DNA of 64,000 bases, taken from assembly GCA_039189765.1 (NCBI GenBank), contig JBCCYL010000020.1:18280-82279 (forward strand), in the 5' to 3' direction. The translations under genes were made by a program, and so were the position numbers. This DNA is from Cyanobacteria bacterium P01_F01_bin.150 (lineage in GTDB: Bacteria > Cyanobacteriota > Cyanobacteriia > CAKZMO01). The notes beneath the pieces are model-generated. The model saw only the letters and a list, made by a program, of their open reading frames with translations, ran no database searches and was not told where the DNA came from. Shown piece by piece: positions 30,130 through 41,162 of this stretch (positions are counted from its first letter, which is position 1; each line of letters begins with the position of its first letter).

Positions 30130-30210
30130 GGGTATCAGATTTAGGCGGTTGGTGTGGGCATGTCACGCTCACACCAACGTTAGTCTTGTTGCGCCTTAAA
30201 ATAAAATCTC
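30130..30210 (+). repeat. ~80-bp structured dispersed element, subfamily A, copy 4
   Basis: GGGTATCAGATTTAGGCGGTTGGTGTGGGC-loop-GCTCACACCAACGTTAGTCTTGTTGCGCCTTAAAA; shares CGTTAGTCTTGTT with copy 1. Confidence 0.85.
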
Positions 30211-30311
30211 TCAATCGAGTTCCAGATTGAGTTTTTGTATCAGGGCGCAAAAAATCAGCCCTAGTAGGGGTACAATATGGTGCCGATTACTCCTCGAAGA
30301 TAGTAGGGTTC

Positions 30312-30872
30312 ATGATTTCCAGTAATGACTTCCGTACAGGCACAAGCATCGAGCAAAATGGTTCTGTTTGGCGTGTTGTAGAGTTCCTTCACGTTAAGCC
30401 GGGAAAAGGCTCCGCGTTTGTGCGAACGAAGCTAAAAAATGTGCAAACTGGAAACGTCGTTGAAAAAACGTTTCGAGCAGGCGAAATGGTTCCCCAAGCC
30501 ATCCTTGAAAAGAGCAACATGCAGCACACTTACAAGGATGGCGAAGACTTCGTTTTCATGGATATGGAAACCTATGAAGAAACTCGTTTATCTTCAGAGC
30601 AAATTGGTGGACGGGTCAAATATCTTAAAGATGGCATGGAAGTAACTGTTCTGACGTGGAACAACCAAGTGTTGGAAGTTGAACTTCCTAATTCTGTGAC
30701 CCTTGAAGTGATTGAAACCGATCCTGGAGTAAAAGGTGATACCGCTACAGGTGGAACGAAACCTGCCAAGGTTGAAACAGGCGCTCAAGTCATGGTTCCT
30801 CTGTTCATTTCTATTGGAGAGAAAATAAAAATTGATACTCGCAATGATTCCTATTTGGGTCGCGAGAACTAA
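30312..30872 (+). CDS. efp: Elongation factor P
   Basis: [28 protein letters not shown]. Confidence 0.98.
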   Translation: MISSNDFRTGTSIEQNGSVWRVVEFLHVKPGKGSAFVRTKLKNVQTGNVVEKTFRAGEMVPQAILEKSNMQHTYKDGEDFVFMDMETYEETRLSSEQIGGRVKYLKDGMEVTVLTWNNQVLEVELPNSVTLEVIETDPGVKGDTATGGTKPAKVETGAQVMVPLFISIGEKIKIDTRNDSYLGREN

Positions 30873-30996
30873 GCTCTGCACATAGAGCTTAACGTTGGCA
30901 CTTTAATGAATTTTGTTAGAGGTATGCTATTCTCACCTCTACCTAATATTCAAACGTTTGTTTTGGTATTGTTCATCATCAAAGTCTTAGAAAACA

Positions 30997-31503
30997 GTGG
31001 ACTTAAGTTTTAATGAACTGCGCGAACTGATCACGGCCATTGACGAGACAGATATTGCGGAGTTAGACCTGAAAAGTGGCGATTGGGAGCTTTCTATTAA
31101 GAAAGGTACTCAGGGGACAGTTGTTGTATCCCCGCCTAGTGCATCAGTTTCTGCACCCATGCCTGCTATGCCGATGGTAGCTCCGGCTCCTGTCGTTGCA
31201 GATTCCGTGGCTCCAGCTTCAGTAGCGCCCCCTGTCGCGCCTCCCCCCATTGCAGACCGTAAACTCATCGAAATTACTTCACCCATGGTAGGGACTTTCT
31301 ATCGAGCTCCTGCCCCAGAAGAGCCACCGTTTGTATCGGTGGGTGATGCGATTAGCAATGGTCAAGCCGTTTGTATCATTGAGGCGATGAAGTTAATGAA
31401 TGAGCTTGAGGCAGAGGTAAGCGGTAAGATTGTCGATATTTTGGTCGAAAATGCTGAGCCAGTTGAATTTGGTCAGGTACTGATGAGGGTTGACCCCGGC
31501 TAA
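30997..31503 (+). CDS. accB: Acetyl-CoA carboxylase biotin carboxyl carrier protein
   Basis: [19 protein letters not shown] biotinylation motif; follows efp. Confidence 0.97.
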   Translation: MDLSFNELRELITAIDETDIAELDLKSGDWELSIKKGTQGTVVVSPPSASVSAPMPAMPMVAPAPVVADSVAPASVAPPVAPPPIADRKLIEITSPMVGTFYRAPAPEEPPFVSVGDAISNGQAVCIIEAMKLMNELEAEVSGKIVDILVENAEPVEFGQVLMRVDPG

Positions 31504-31832
31504 TCATTGCGGTTTGGTCATCTGCTCCATCTATGATAAGTAAGCAGGCGTTCCTCCGATAATTGGGAGGGCGATGCATTCGGGTACATCATAAGAGCGA
31601 AGTTCTTTAACCGTTTGAGTCAGCTCAGGAAAACGGTTTAGCTTGGTTGTGATCACTAATTGCCATTCATCGTCCTCTTGGATGGCATTATCCCCTGTGT
31701 AAATAAAATGAATGGGAAAGAGAGATTGACGCAAGCCGCAAGGTTTCGAGAGACTACAGCTTGGGCGATCGCCACCGTCTCTTGCCTGGACGCAGTTGTG
31801 ACTAAAACAACTCCGAGTGATGATTGGGACAT
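31504..31832 (-). pseudogene. cutA: Divalent-cation tolerance protein CutA, frameshifted and with a premature stop
   Basis: MSQSSLGVVLVTTASRQE..IAQAVVSRNLAACVN in one frame, continues LFPIHFIY..EWQLVI..SYDVPECIALPI..AYLS* in another; shift in a CT run at ~31719-31724; TAG at 31531-31533. Confidence 0.85.
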
Positions 31833-31962
31833 CTTTTTTCCTAAGCTTGTTTAAAAATTAGGCTGGTATTTTATTTAAGAACACAGAATCAATTGACCGT
31901 AGTGTAACCAACGTAGAGCAACCCAGCTCTTTGTCACGCTAGATCTGGTGTAGAAAATTACA

Positions 31963-32808
31963 TCAAACTAGAATACCGCTGATGCTTGAAGAGTAAACAG
32001 ATAAGGGCAAACCTCGATTCCGATGTCCCCTCAGCAACTTTGTTACACCATGCCAGTTTATCGCCTCCAGATTTGTCTGGGCAATTTTACCTGAACTCAA
32101 CTGGGATTTTGGAAAGTGAGCCTTCTGCGAATTAGCATTGGTCAACTTTGCACTGTTGATGCAGATCTCCCTTAGCTCTGCCCCATTCAGACTATTAGCA
32201 GCTAAATTAGCCTCCTCTAGGCTATCCTCTGAAGCCTTCGTCATACTTAAGTTAATGCCACTAAGATTGACCCCCTTCAAGTCTAAACCGTTCAAGTAGG
32301 CTCCTTGTAAATTAACTTCATGCAAAAATGCTCCTTTCAGATTGGCTCCGCTAAGCCTTGCCTCAGATAAGTTTGCCCAGTTCAAATTGGCATGGAATAA
32401 ATTGGCATTACGTAGGTTACTTCCTTTAAGGTTGGCCCCACAAAGATTTGCACGCTGCAAGTCAGCGCTACGTAAATTGACATGGGTCAAGTTGGAGCCG
32501 CTGAGTTTAGCGCCCCCCAAACTAGATTGGACCAAGAAAGCGCCTTGTAGATTAGCTTTCGTTAAATCCGCATCTTCAACAATGCCATCACTAAGCTTTA
32601 CATAACATAGATCAGCCCAGTTGAGAAAAGCATTAGACAGATTAGTCCCCGTTAAAAATGCTCTTGATAACCGTGCTCCAGTCAGGTTAGCACCGCTTAA
32701 ATCCACACCAATAAGTGTCGCACCTGATAGGTTTGCTCCTTGTAAATCTACTCCAGAAAAGTTACGTTCACCTGCTTCATAGAACTTCAGTAGTACGCCA
32801 GCGTCCAT
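31963..32808 (-). CDS. Pentapeptide repeat protein (C-terminal repeats degenerate)
   Basis: YEAGERNFSG start and A(D/N)Lxx repeats. Confidence 0.88.
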   Translation of the reverse strand: MDAGVLLKFYEAGERNFSGVDLQGANLSGATLIGVDLSGANLTGARLSRAFLTGTNLSNAFLNWADLCYVKLSDGIVEDADLTKANLQGAFLVQSSLGGAKLSGSNLTHVNLRSADLQRANLCGANLKGSNLRNANLFHANLNWANLSEARLSGANLKGAFLHEVNLQGAYLNGLDLKGVNLSGINLSMTKASEDSLEEANLAANSLNGAELREICINSAKLTNANSQKAHFPKSQLSSGKIAQTNLEAINWHGVTKLLRGHRNRGLPLSVYSSSISGILV

Positions 32809-33284
32809 GTGCTCTCATCCCTCTGATACCTCAATTCGGGTTCGTCTTTAGGCAATCAAGCCTAAGGCAGTGACAGGAGCTAGAGCAGCCCAGCCATCCA
32901 CTCCTAGGCGATACCCGAATATCTAACTTCAAACTCCTATATTTCAAGGTAAGCCAGGGATCATAAAGAAAAAAGAAAATGCCGCAACTAAAGAGAATTA
33001 GATAACCAAAGACAACAAGCGAAATGCTCAGATACAGTGGCAAAAGCACTATCCACTACAGCGCTAAAGATATATCAAAATATAAGACGTAGAGATAAAT
33101 AATAAAAATTTTTATGTCCAAACAAGCATTTTGGGCACTGGCAAGGAACAAGACCTTCTTTTGTTTTAGGCTATGTAATATAGGTCTTATGTATCGATTT
33201 AGGTTAAGCCAATATATATTAAAGTTCTTTGACAGAATACTTTTACAATATTTTTTCTTTTTCTTAATTATTGGATTGAAACTC

Positions 33285-33366
33285 AGGCTTAAAACTGAAG
33301 CTGGGAAGAATTTTACGGGATACTGGGGCGCTCCACGTTCCAGTATCCCGTCTTAAAATACAAGCC
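33285..33366 (-). repeat. ~82-bp structured dispersed element, subfamily B, copy 1
   Basis: Termini GGCTT..AAGCC; inner stem CGGGATACTGG/CCAGTATCCCG; similar to 58568-58649. Confidence 0.75.
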
Positions 33367-33582
33367 GAAATTCATTTCAAAGCAAGACAAAAACAACGTT
33401 AGCGTAATGGAATTTTTTCGATGGAGAAATGTAGCTCCTCTATGAGCCATAGGACTTACATCTCATACAATCTCGGGTTTGAGTTTTATGGACATACACT
33501 TAGCTAATATCTAAAGGGGTACATTTCTTGGTAGCCTAGTACTCCCATATGGCTTTTACTAGCCATTGTTAATTCCGTAGGT

Positions 33583-34320
33583 GTGACTATGCAAACCCAG
33601 GAAAAGCTTTACGAAGGCAAAGCCAAAATTCTCTACACTACAGGCGAAGCCAATGTCCTAGCCAGCGTCTTTAAGGATGATGCGACGGCCTTTAACGCTC
33701 AGAAAAAAGGGACAATTCGAGGTAAAGGGGAAATCAACTGTGCAATTTCAACCCATCTCTTTAAACTCTTAGAAGCGAGGAATATTCCGACCCATTGGAT
33801 TGACACTCCATCAGCCACAATGATGCGAGTCCGGTCAGTGAAGATTGTGCCGTTGGAAGTTGTGGTACGCAACATTGCAGCAGGCAGCTTATGTCGTGAA
33901 ACAGGGTTAACCGCAGGAGCCGCACTGAGTCCACCATTGGTCGAGTTCTACTACAAAAATGATGACCTGGGAGATCCGCTCTTGACGAGCGATCGCATCC
34001 GCATCCTTAATTTAGCAACACCGGAGCAAGTCAATCAGCTTAATCAGATGGCTCTAGCCATCAACACTATTCTGATTGACTTTTTTGACCAATGTGGGAT
34101 TACTCTGGTGGACTTCAAACTGGAGTTTGGCATCGACCATACCGGAACTTTAATGTTAGCGGATGAAATCAGCCCTGATACCTGCCGTTTTTGGGATAAA
34201 GCTGAATCGGATCCAAACTTACGAGTGATGGATAAGGATCGGTTTCGCCATGACTTGGGAGACGTGGAAGGCGCGTATCAGCGGGTTTTAGAAAAAGTTC
34301 TGGGCCAGGCAATCGCATAG
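33583..34320 (+). CDS. purC: Phosphoribosylaminoimidazole-succinocarboxamide synthase
   Basis: LYEGKAK, FKDDATAFNA, VDFKLEFG, LADEISPDTCRFWD, DKDRFR. Confidence 0.97.
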   Translation: MTMQTQEKLYEGKAKILYTTGEANVLASVFKDDATAFNAQKKGTIRGKGEINCAISTHLFKLLEARNIPTHWIDTPSATMMRVRSVKIVPLEVVVRNIAAGSLCRETGLTAGAALSPPLVEFYYKNDDLGDPLLTSDRIRILNLATPEQVNQLNQMALAINTILIDFFDQCGITLVDFKLEFGIDHTGTLMLADEISPDTCRFWDKAESDPNLRVMDKDRFRHDLGDVEGAYQRVLEKVLGQAIA

Positions 34321-34714
34321 ACGTTAGGACATAGAATTGAAATAGGGTTCTAAGTAGGGCAGTTTTAAATGCGTCATATCTCATTGCAGTAAAGAGGCGG
34401 GGATTCTTTACCTTTCTCTAAGAAGACACCAGTAATGCTGTAAAATCTTTGCAAACTACATATCTGTTTACATTAAGTCGGCTACGGTTACATTCCGGTC
34501 ATTTTGCGGTGATTTTAATGCTTCTAGAATTGAAAGCGCTGATTTGTCCTGATCTTCCATAGCCTGTAATGGTAACGGTTATTGAGTGACAGTGCCGTCC
34601 TGCTTTTCGTGTTGCTCACAGGCAGATTCGGTATGTCAGGCGTCCTATGTCATCAGTGTGTTTAGCATTGATGTCTTATTTGGTGTGTGGAGACAATCAA
34701 CAATATTGAGGAAC

Positions 34715-37213
34715 ATGCGTTTTTCCCCTGTACTACTTGCGTCAATTACGATTTCTGCGGGTTTGAGTGTTGCATCTTCTGCCCAAGCATCCAGCTCGGC
34801 GGACTTCAATCGTCCTGGCGCGGTGGAGCACTCTATTGATTCCTCAGATCTAGGTAAAAGCGATAAGCCATCGGCCAGGACAATGCCGACAGCTATTACT
34901 CCAGAGTTCTCTGAAGCTAACGTTATTTTTTCCTCTGGCCAAACCGTTGTTCAATCTGATGTTGTTTCTCTAGTGAAACCGGATAAAGAAAAGCTTATTG
35001 AAAAAACTGAGGGCTATCACACTACTGAGAAGATTCCTGTTGTAAACGTTTTGCCCACAGAAATCGATACTACGACTACGGCTACGGCAGGGGAAGAGGT
35101 TGAAATAGTAGTAGAGATGCCTCTCGCAAAGCCTTCGGTAGAAAGCACTGTTGATATTACTATAAATTCTGAGCTGTCGATTGCTCAACAGCCTGCTGTG
35201 GTGGAATCGGACGATAGCATGCTTGCCAGCGCAGATTTGTGGGCTCAAGTCTCAGCTCCACCATCAGAGGAAGACGGAACAAGCAGCGATACCGTTGAAG
35301 CAGAAGAGGGCGAACCGGGCGAAATAGAACTCGAACGCGAAATTGAGGTCGAACCTCGGGTCTTGATTTCTGAAGTACTGGTTTTAGGAGTTGAATCTCA
35401 GCCAGACTTGCGGAACCGGGTTTACCAGGTGATTCAGACGCGGCCGGGAAGGACGACAACGCGATCGCAATTACAGGACGATATTAATGCTGTATTCGCC
35501 ACTGGCTTCTTTGCCAATGTGCAGGCGGAACCAGAAGACACGCCATTGGGCGTCAGAGTAACGTTTACAGTGCAGCCTAACCCTGTATTGCAGCGAGTTG
35601 AGGTGTCCAATAGTAACTTGTCAAATACAGGCACCACCCTGACCTTTGGGGAACAGGAATTAACCGTTAATGAAATCACTAATGCAATCTTCTCACCTCA
35701 ATACAACAGAACCCTAAATCTTCGAGACTTTCAGGCTGGTATTGATGAACTGAATACGGTCTATCAGGAAAATGGCTACGTGCTGGCCCAGGTTGTCGAT
35801 GCTCCCAATGTTTCGCAGGATGGTGTGGTGACATTGTCTGTGGCCGAGGGAGTGATTGAAAATATCGAGGTGCAGTTCTTGGATGAAGACGGCTTTGCAG
35901 AAGACGAGGAAGGCAATCCAATTGATGGGCGTACTCGTGACTTTATCATTACCCGTGAATTTGAAGCCCAACCTGGAGACGTATTTAATCAGCGAAATAT
36001 TCAGCGAGACTTGCAGCGAGTCTTTGGTCTAGGAATTTTTGATGATGTTCGAGTCGCGCTGAATCCTGGTGATGACCCCCGTAAAGTTGATGTCATTGTC
36101 AATGTGATTGAAGGTAGCACAGGGTCTATTGCAGCGGGTGCAGGATTTAGCTCCGCCAGCGGTCTATTTGGTAGCGCTAGTTATCAACAGCAGAATTTGG
36201 GTGGCAATAATCAGCGACTGGGCACAGAAATTCAATTCGGCCAAAGAGAACTGCTGTTTGACGTTAGCTTTAGTGACCCATGGATTGCTACGGACCCTTA
36301 TCGTACCTCCTATTCGGTCAATTCTTTTCTACGGCGCTCGATCTCTCTAATTTTTGATGGAGGCGATCGCGAGGTGGATTTATGTGAGGATCGCAACGAT
36401 CGTAACTGTAATCAAGACGATTTGGAAGATGGCGATCGGCCCAGAGTCCAGCGGTTAGGCGGTGGCATTAGCTTTAGTCGGCCATTAGATGAATGGTTGG
36501 GCTGGGAAAATTGGCGAGCGTCTACAGGTCTCCAGTATCAGCGCGTGTCCATTCGAGACGGCGACGGGGATCTATCCTTTATTGATGCAGAGGGCAATCA
36601 GCTCAGCTTTAGCGATGACGGCAGAGACGATCTATTCACTCTTCAGCTAGCAGCGGTGAGAGATTTACGGAACAATCCTCAACAACCGACGAGCGGTTCC
36701 CTGCTGCGAGTGGGGACGGAACAATCCATTCCGTTTGGCTCAGGCTCCATTTTAATGAACCGCCTCCGGGGAAGCTATAGTCACTACGTTCCGGTTGATT
36801 TGACGAGCTTTAAAGACGGCCCAGAGGCGTTAGCATTCAATATTCAGGCGGGAACCGTCTTGGGAGACTTACCTCCTTACGAGGCTTTCTCATTGGGAGG
36901 CACCGACTCTGTCAGGGGATACGATGCGGGAGAAGTGGGCAGTGGCCGTAGTTTTGTTCAGGCTTCAGCAGAATATCGGTTCCCAATTTTCTCTATTGTT
37001 GGTGGAGCGTTGTTTATGGATTTTGGGAGTGATTTGGGCACGGGTGATAATGTGCCAGGGGAACCTGCGAATGTCCGTGATAAGCCAGGTACTGGCTTTG
37101 GCTATGGGCTGGGTGTTCGCGTCCAATCACCATTGGGACAAATTCGCGTTGATTATGGAATAAATGATGATGGAGATGGGCGTATCCACTTCGGAATTGG
37201 CGAGCGATTCTAA
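34715..37213 (+). CDS. bamA: Omp85/BamA outer-membrane protein assembly factor
   Basis: Signal peptide, POTRA domains, SVRGY motif, C-terminal HFGIGERF; upstream of lpxC. Confidence 0.92.
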   Translation: MRFSPVLLASITISAGLSVASSAQASSSADFNRPGAVEHSIDSSDLGKSDKPSARTMPTAITPEFSEANVIFSSGQTVVQSDVVSLVKPDKEKLIEKTEGYHTTEKIPVVNVLPTEIDTTTTATAGEEVEIVVEMPLAKPSVESTVDITINSELSIAQQPAVVESDDSMLASADLWAQVSAPPSEEDGTSSDTVEAEEGEPGEIELEREIEVEPRVLISEVLVLGVESQPDLRNRVYQVIQTRPGRTTTRSQLQDDINAVFATGFFANVQAEPEDTPLGVRVTFTVQPNPVLQRVEVSNSNLSNTGTTLTFGEQELTVNEITNAIFSPQYNRTLNLRDFQAGIDELNTVYQENGYVLAQVVDAPNVSQDGVVTLSVAEGVIENIEVQFLDEDGFAEDEEGNPIDGRTRDFIITREFEAQPGDVFNQRNIQRDLQRVFGLGIFDDVRVALNPGDDPRKVDVIVNVIEGSTGSIAAGAGFSSASGLFGSASYQQQNLGGNNQRLGTEIQFGQRELLFDVSFSDPWIATDPYRTSYSVNSFLRRSISLIFDGGDREVDLCEDRNDRNCNQDDLEDGDRPRVQRLGGGISFSRPLDEWLGWENWRASTGLQYQRVSIRDGDGDLSFIDAEGNQLSFSDDGRDDLFTLQLAAVRDLRNNPQQPTSGSLLRVGTEQSIPFGSGSILMNRLRGSYSHYVPVDLTSFKDGPEALAFNIQAGTVLGDLPPYEAFSLGGTDSVRGYDAGEVGSGRSFVQASAEYRFPIFSIVGGALFMDFGSDLGTGDNVPGEPANVRDKPGTGFGYGLGVRVQSPLGQIRVDYGINDDGDGRIHFGIGERF

Positions 37214-37256
37214 GTTCAAAGGGACTGAGCAGAGTGCAGATATAGGAAAAGATGCC

Positions 37257-38144
37257 TTGTCTAAAGGATCGGACATCACTGCATCGCCTAGCCTGAAACA
37301 GGCTCTACAACAGACGTTATCGGGCAATTTTACCCAAAAAGGGGTTGGCTTACATTCTGGCGAGTCTGTTCAGGTTTGGGTACGGCCAGCACCGGTGAAC
37401 ACTGGACGAGTGTTTGTGCGAACGGATTGCCCCGAAGCGGGTTCAATTCCAGCTACAGTTCAGTTTGTCCAAAAGACACTATTGTCCACGAAGCTGGGCA
37501 AAGATAATGTTTCGGTGCGTACTGTGGAGCATTTGCTAGCAGCTCTCGCTGCAGCGGGGGTGGACAATGCAGTCATTGAGATCAATGGACCAGAGGTTCC
37601 TTTGCTAGACGGCTCAGCCCAGGAATGGTCAGAGGCGATCGCCCACGTCGGCCTCCATCCCCAAGAATCGTCACGGACGTCTATCTCTTCTGTTGTTAAA
37701 CCTTTATGGTGTTATGAAGGGGATGCATTTGTTGCCGCACTACCAGCTCCAGAGCTGAGATTTAGCTGCGGCATTGACTTTCCCATTCCAGCTATCGGCA
37801 ATCAATGGCATAGCTGGTCTCCAACCAATGAATCCTTTGAAGAGACCATTGCCCCCGCCCGTACGTTTACCCTGGCTCACTTAATTGAGCCGTTGCGTCA
37901 ACAAGGCTTGATTAAAGGCGGTAGTTTAGAAAACGCTCTTGTTTGCGATGCGCAAAAGGGTTGGGTCAACCCGCCCTTGCGATTTGATAATGAGCCTGCA
38001 CGCCATAAACTTCTGGACTTAGTAGGAGATTTAAGCTTGATTGGTGCATTTCCTTGCGCCCATATTTTGGCATATAAAGCGAGTCATGCATTGCATACTG
38101 AATTTGCACGAAGACTGATTGCGTCATACGATAACACCCAGTAG
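37257..38144 (+). CDS. lpxC: UDP-3-O-acyl-N-acetylglucosamine deacetylase
   Basis: [43 protein letters not shown]; start uncertain. Confidence 0.95.
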   Translation: MSKGSDITASPSLKQALQQTLSGNFTQKGVGLHSGESVQVWVRPAPVNTGRVFVRTDCPEAGSIPATVQFVQKTLLSTKLGKDNVSVRTVEHLLAALAAAGVDNAVIEINGPEVPLLDGSAQEWSEAIAHVGLHPQESSRTSISSVVKPLWCYEGDAFVAALPAPELRFSCGIDFPIPAIGNQWHSWSPTNESFEETIAPARTFTLAHLIEPLRQQGLIKGGSLENALVCDAQKGWVNPPLRFDNEPARHKLLDLVGDLSLIGAFPCAHILAYKASHALHTEFARRLIASYDNTQ

Positions 38145-38373
38145 ACTCACCATTATTGGCTTCTATTTCTTGTAGAAGCAGACCTTAGTTTGTCTAAACT
38201 AAGTTGCCATATCAACAAGACCAACCTGATAGGGATTGAAGTTTCCGGCAAATATCAACTATCTGGAACTCGATTCTGCTGTAATGCAGAGACTGACCTA
38301 TAAGGATGTACTATTATGGCACAACCTCACTAACTTACCGTATACCTTATATTTATTTAATCCCAGTTACCTC

Positions 38374-38892
38374 ATGTCCACACTGACTGACGTCCATACC
38401 CCTCTTGAAGCTTCAGACGTTCTTGCCATGAAAGATGATGCTCAAGACTCACCGATTCAAACGACATTTACTGTTGAGGAAATTCAGGCTCTCTTACCCC
38501 ATCGCTATCCTTTCGCACTGGTGGATCGCATTATTGACTATGTGCCAGGAGAAAAGGCCGTTGGGATCAAAAACGTGACCTTTAATGAACCCCAATTCCA
38601 GGGTCATTTTCCCGGTCGTCCCATTATGCCTGGCGTATTGATTGTTGAAGCAATGGCTCAAGTGGGAGGTATTGTATTAACCCAACTTCCCGATGTTCCC
38701 GAGGGATTATTAATGTTTGCAGGCATTGATAAAGTACGTTTTCGTCGTCCAGTAGTGCCAGGCGATCAGTTAGTGATGACGGTGGAACTTCTATCGGTAA
38801 AACGGATGCGATTTGGAAAGATGAAGGGAAAGGCTACAGTGGATGGGCAACTAGCTGCAGAAGGAGAATTGATGTTTTCCTTGGTTGATTAA
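38374..38892 (+). CDS. fabZ: 3-hydroxyacyl-ACP dehydratase
   Basis: [34 protein letters not shown]. Confidence 0.97.
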   Translation: MSTLTDVHTPLEASDVLAMKDDAQDSPIQTTFTVEEIQALLPHRYPFALVDRIIDYVPGEKAVGIKNVTFNEPQFQGHFPGRPIMPGVLIVEAMAQVGGIVLTQLPDVPEGLLMFAGIDKVRFRRPVVPGDQLVMTVELLSVKRMRFGKMKGKATVDGQLAAEGELMFSLVD

Positions 38893-38969
38893 GGAAACCC
38901 CTTCACAAATGTCTGTTTAAAGTGCCAGTTTGGAGTGCCAGTTTGGAGTAACAATAGGGAGCGCGACCG

Positions 38970-39797
38970 TTGACCACATTAATTCACCCTACCGCAGTGA
39001 TCCATCCAGGTGCTCAGGTCCATCCTACGGTGAGAGTCGGGGCATATGCTGTTATTGGGGAACGAGTTAAGGTGGGAGCAGGAACCGTAATTGGGCCTCA
39101 CGTTGTTTTAGACGGCTGGACCGAGATTGGTGAACGGAATCAGTTTTTTCCTGGAGCAGCCATTGGATTGGAACCGCAGGATTTAAAGTACGATGGGTCC
39201 CTTAGTCTAGTCAAAATTGGCAACGGTAATCGGATTCGTGAATATGTAACGGTGAACCGTGCGACTACAGCAGCCGGGACGACAATGATTGGCAATGATA
39301 ATTTGTTAATGGCCTACGTGCATGTCGCCCACAATTGTATGTTGGGAGATCAAATTGTTATTGCCAATAGTGTCTCCTTGGCAGGTCACGTTCATGTGGA
39401 GTCCCAAGCTGTGATTGGTGGATGCTTGGGCATTCATCAGTTTGTGCAGATTGGGCGACTGGCAATGGTGGGCGGAATGAGTCGTATCGATCAAGATGTG
39501 CCGCCGTTTATGCTGGTAGAAGGAAACCCAGCCCGGGTGCGATCGCTGAATAAACTGGGACTTAAACGAGCAGGCATTGCTGAGGCCAATGATGGCACAG
39601 CCTTTAAAAGCTTAAAACAAGCCTTTCGCCTGTTGTACCGCTCCGACCAAACCTTTGCCCAAGCAGTGGCGACATTAGAGGATAGGGCCAATCAGGGGGA
39701 TAATACCTATTTGCAGCATTTACTAACCTTTATCCAAAAAAGCCAAGCCAAAGGGCGTCGGGGTTTAATTCCCAGGCGAGGTCGAGTTCATGGATAA
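38970..39797 (+). CDS. lpxA: Acyl-ACP--UDP-N-acetylglucosamine O-acyltransferase
   Basis: IHPTAVI hexapeptide repeats, PQDLKY, IREYVTVNRAT, HVAHNC. Confidence 0.96.
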   Translation: MTTLIHPTAVIHPGAQVHPTVRVGAYAVIGERVKVGAGTVIGPHVVLDGWTEIGERNQFFPGAAIGLEPQDLKYDGSLSLVKIGNGNRIREYVTVNRATTAAGTTMIGNDNLLMAYVHVAHNCMLGDQIVIANSVSLAGHVHVESQAVIGGCLGIHQFVQIGRLAMVGGMSRIDQDVPPFMLVEGNPARVRSLNKLGLKRAGIAEANDGTAFKSLKQAFRLLYRSDQTFAQAVATLEDRANQGDNTYLQHLLTFIQKSQAKGRRGLIPRRGRVHG

Positions 39798-41088
39798 TCA
39801 ACTATCTAACCATGGCTTAGCGAATCGTCCCCCAGCTAATCGCAAGCGAATTTTTATTAGCACTGGCGAAGTATCTGGTGATTTACATGGTTCCCTATTA
39901 ATTCAAGCACTGAAGGAAAATGCGCCAGCTTTTAACCTAGACCTGGATATTATGGCGCTGGGGGGCAATCGCATGGCTGCCACAGGCGTTCAAATGTTAG
40001 GGCAAACCCAATCAATTGGGTCGATTGGCCTATTGGAATCCTTACCGTTTATTTGGCCGACGTTTAAAGTTCAAAATATGGCCAAGCGGTCGCTGATCCA
40101 TCATCCTCCAGACCTGATTGTCATGATTGACTATCTTGCTCCAAATTTGGGTATTGGCAGCTATGCCCGGTCCCAATTATCCCATGTGCCCACTGTTTTT
40201 TACATTGCTCCTCAGGAGTGGGTATGGTCCTTTGGAAAAAAGAACACACAACAGTTGGTATCAATTAGCGATCGCCTTTTGGCCATTTTTCCCCAAGAAG
40301 CTAAATATTTTGAGCGCCATGGAGCTACGGTTACTTGGGTCGGTCATCCCTTAGTCGATTGGGTTGATCAGTTTCCCTCACGGGCTGGGGCAAGACAACA
40401 ACTGGGAATTGAGGCTCACCAAAAGGCGATCGCCCTTTTTCCTGCGTCCCGGCGTCAGGAACTCACCTATCTGATGCCCGTAATGTTTGAAACCGCTCGC
40501 AGAGTTCAAAATCAATTACAAGAGCAATCGGATGATGTCCATTTTTGGATTCCGCTATCGTTAGAAACGTTCCGCCCTCAAGTAGAGCAAGCAATTCGAG
40601 ACTATCAAATTCAAGCAACTATCGTTACCGATAACACTCCTACAGTAATTGCAGCGGCGGATTTAGCACTGGCTAAATCCGGTACGGTAAATTTAGAACT
40701 AGCCTTAAAAGATGTCCCTCAGTTAGTAATTTATCGAGTCAATCCAATAACGGCATGGTTGGCCAGAAAGGTCTTAAATTTCTCAATTCCCTTTATGTCG
40801 CCTCCCAATTTACTGTTATCGGAAGAAATTGTACCCGAGTTCCTCCAAGAAGAAGCTAATCCTACCGACCTCAGCCAAGCAGCCGTCGCTCTGTTAACGG
40901 ATCCCCACGCTCAACAGGCAATGCGACAAAACTATGAACGAATGCGACAGGCCGCAGGGCAAAAAGGTGTGTGCGATCGCGCAGCCCGAGTTATTCTAGA
41001 AATGCTTTTGGCAAAAAATAGTTCTTCTGCACACTCCAAAATAAACGATACGGATGAGAACCATTTTCCTAGTAAGAAAATACAGTGA
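39790..41088 (+). CDS. lpxB: Lipid-A-disaccharide synthase
   Basis: STGEVSGDLHG, YIAPQEWVW, VGHPL, PASRRQE, KSGTVNLELA. Confidence 0.96.
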   Translation: MDNQLSNHGLANRPPANRKRIFISTGEVSGDLHGSLLIQALKENAPAFNLDLDIMALGGNRMAATGVQMLGQTQSIGSIGLLESLPFIWPTFKVQNMAKRSLIHHPPDLIVMIDYLAPNLGIGSYARSQLSHVPTVFYIAPQEWVWSFGKKNTQQLVSISDRLLAIFPQEAKYFERHGATVTWVGHPLVDWVDQFPSRAGARQQLGIEAHQKAIALFPASRRQELTYLMPVMFETARRVQNQLQEQSDDVHFWIPLSLETFRPQVEQAIRDYQIQATIVTDNTPTVIAAADLALAKSGTVNLELALKDVPQLVIYRVNPITAWLARKVLNFSIPFMSPPNLLLSEEIVPEFLQEEANPTDLSQAAVALLTDPHAQQAMRQNYERMRQAAGQKGVCDRAARVILEMLLAKNSSSAHSKINDTDENHFPSKKIQ

Positions 41089-41162
41089 TCCTTATCAAGC
41101 GCGGGTATGTTACCCGATGGTAAAAATACAGAGCTTGGCCCCTTGATTTTGTTGTAATAACT

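Noticed and set aside
32820..33580. AT-rich gap with 72- and 80-aa ORFs
   Set aside because: No recognisable motifs; looks like a divergent promoter region
37164..37256. lpxC overlapping the bamA 3' end
   Set aside because: ORF-caller extension; a later start near 37257 is more plausible
38921..38949. 13-bp tandem duplication AGTGCCAGTTTGG upstream of lpxA
   Set aside because: Only two copies; most simply a slippage event
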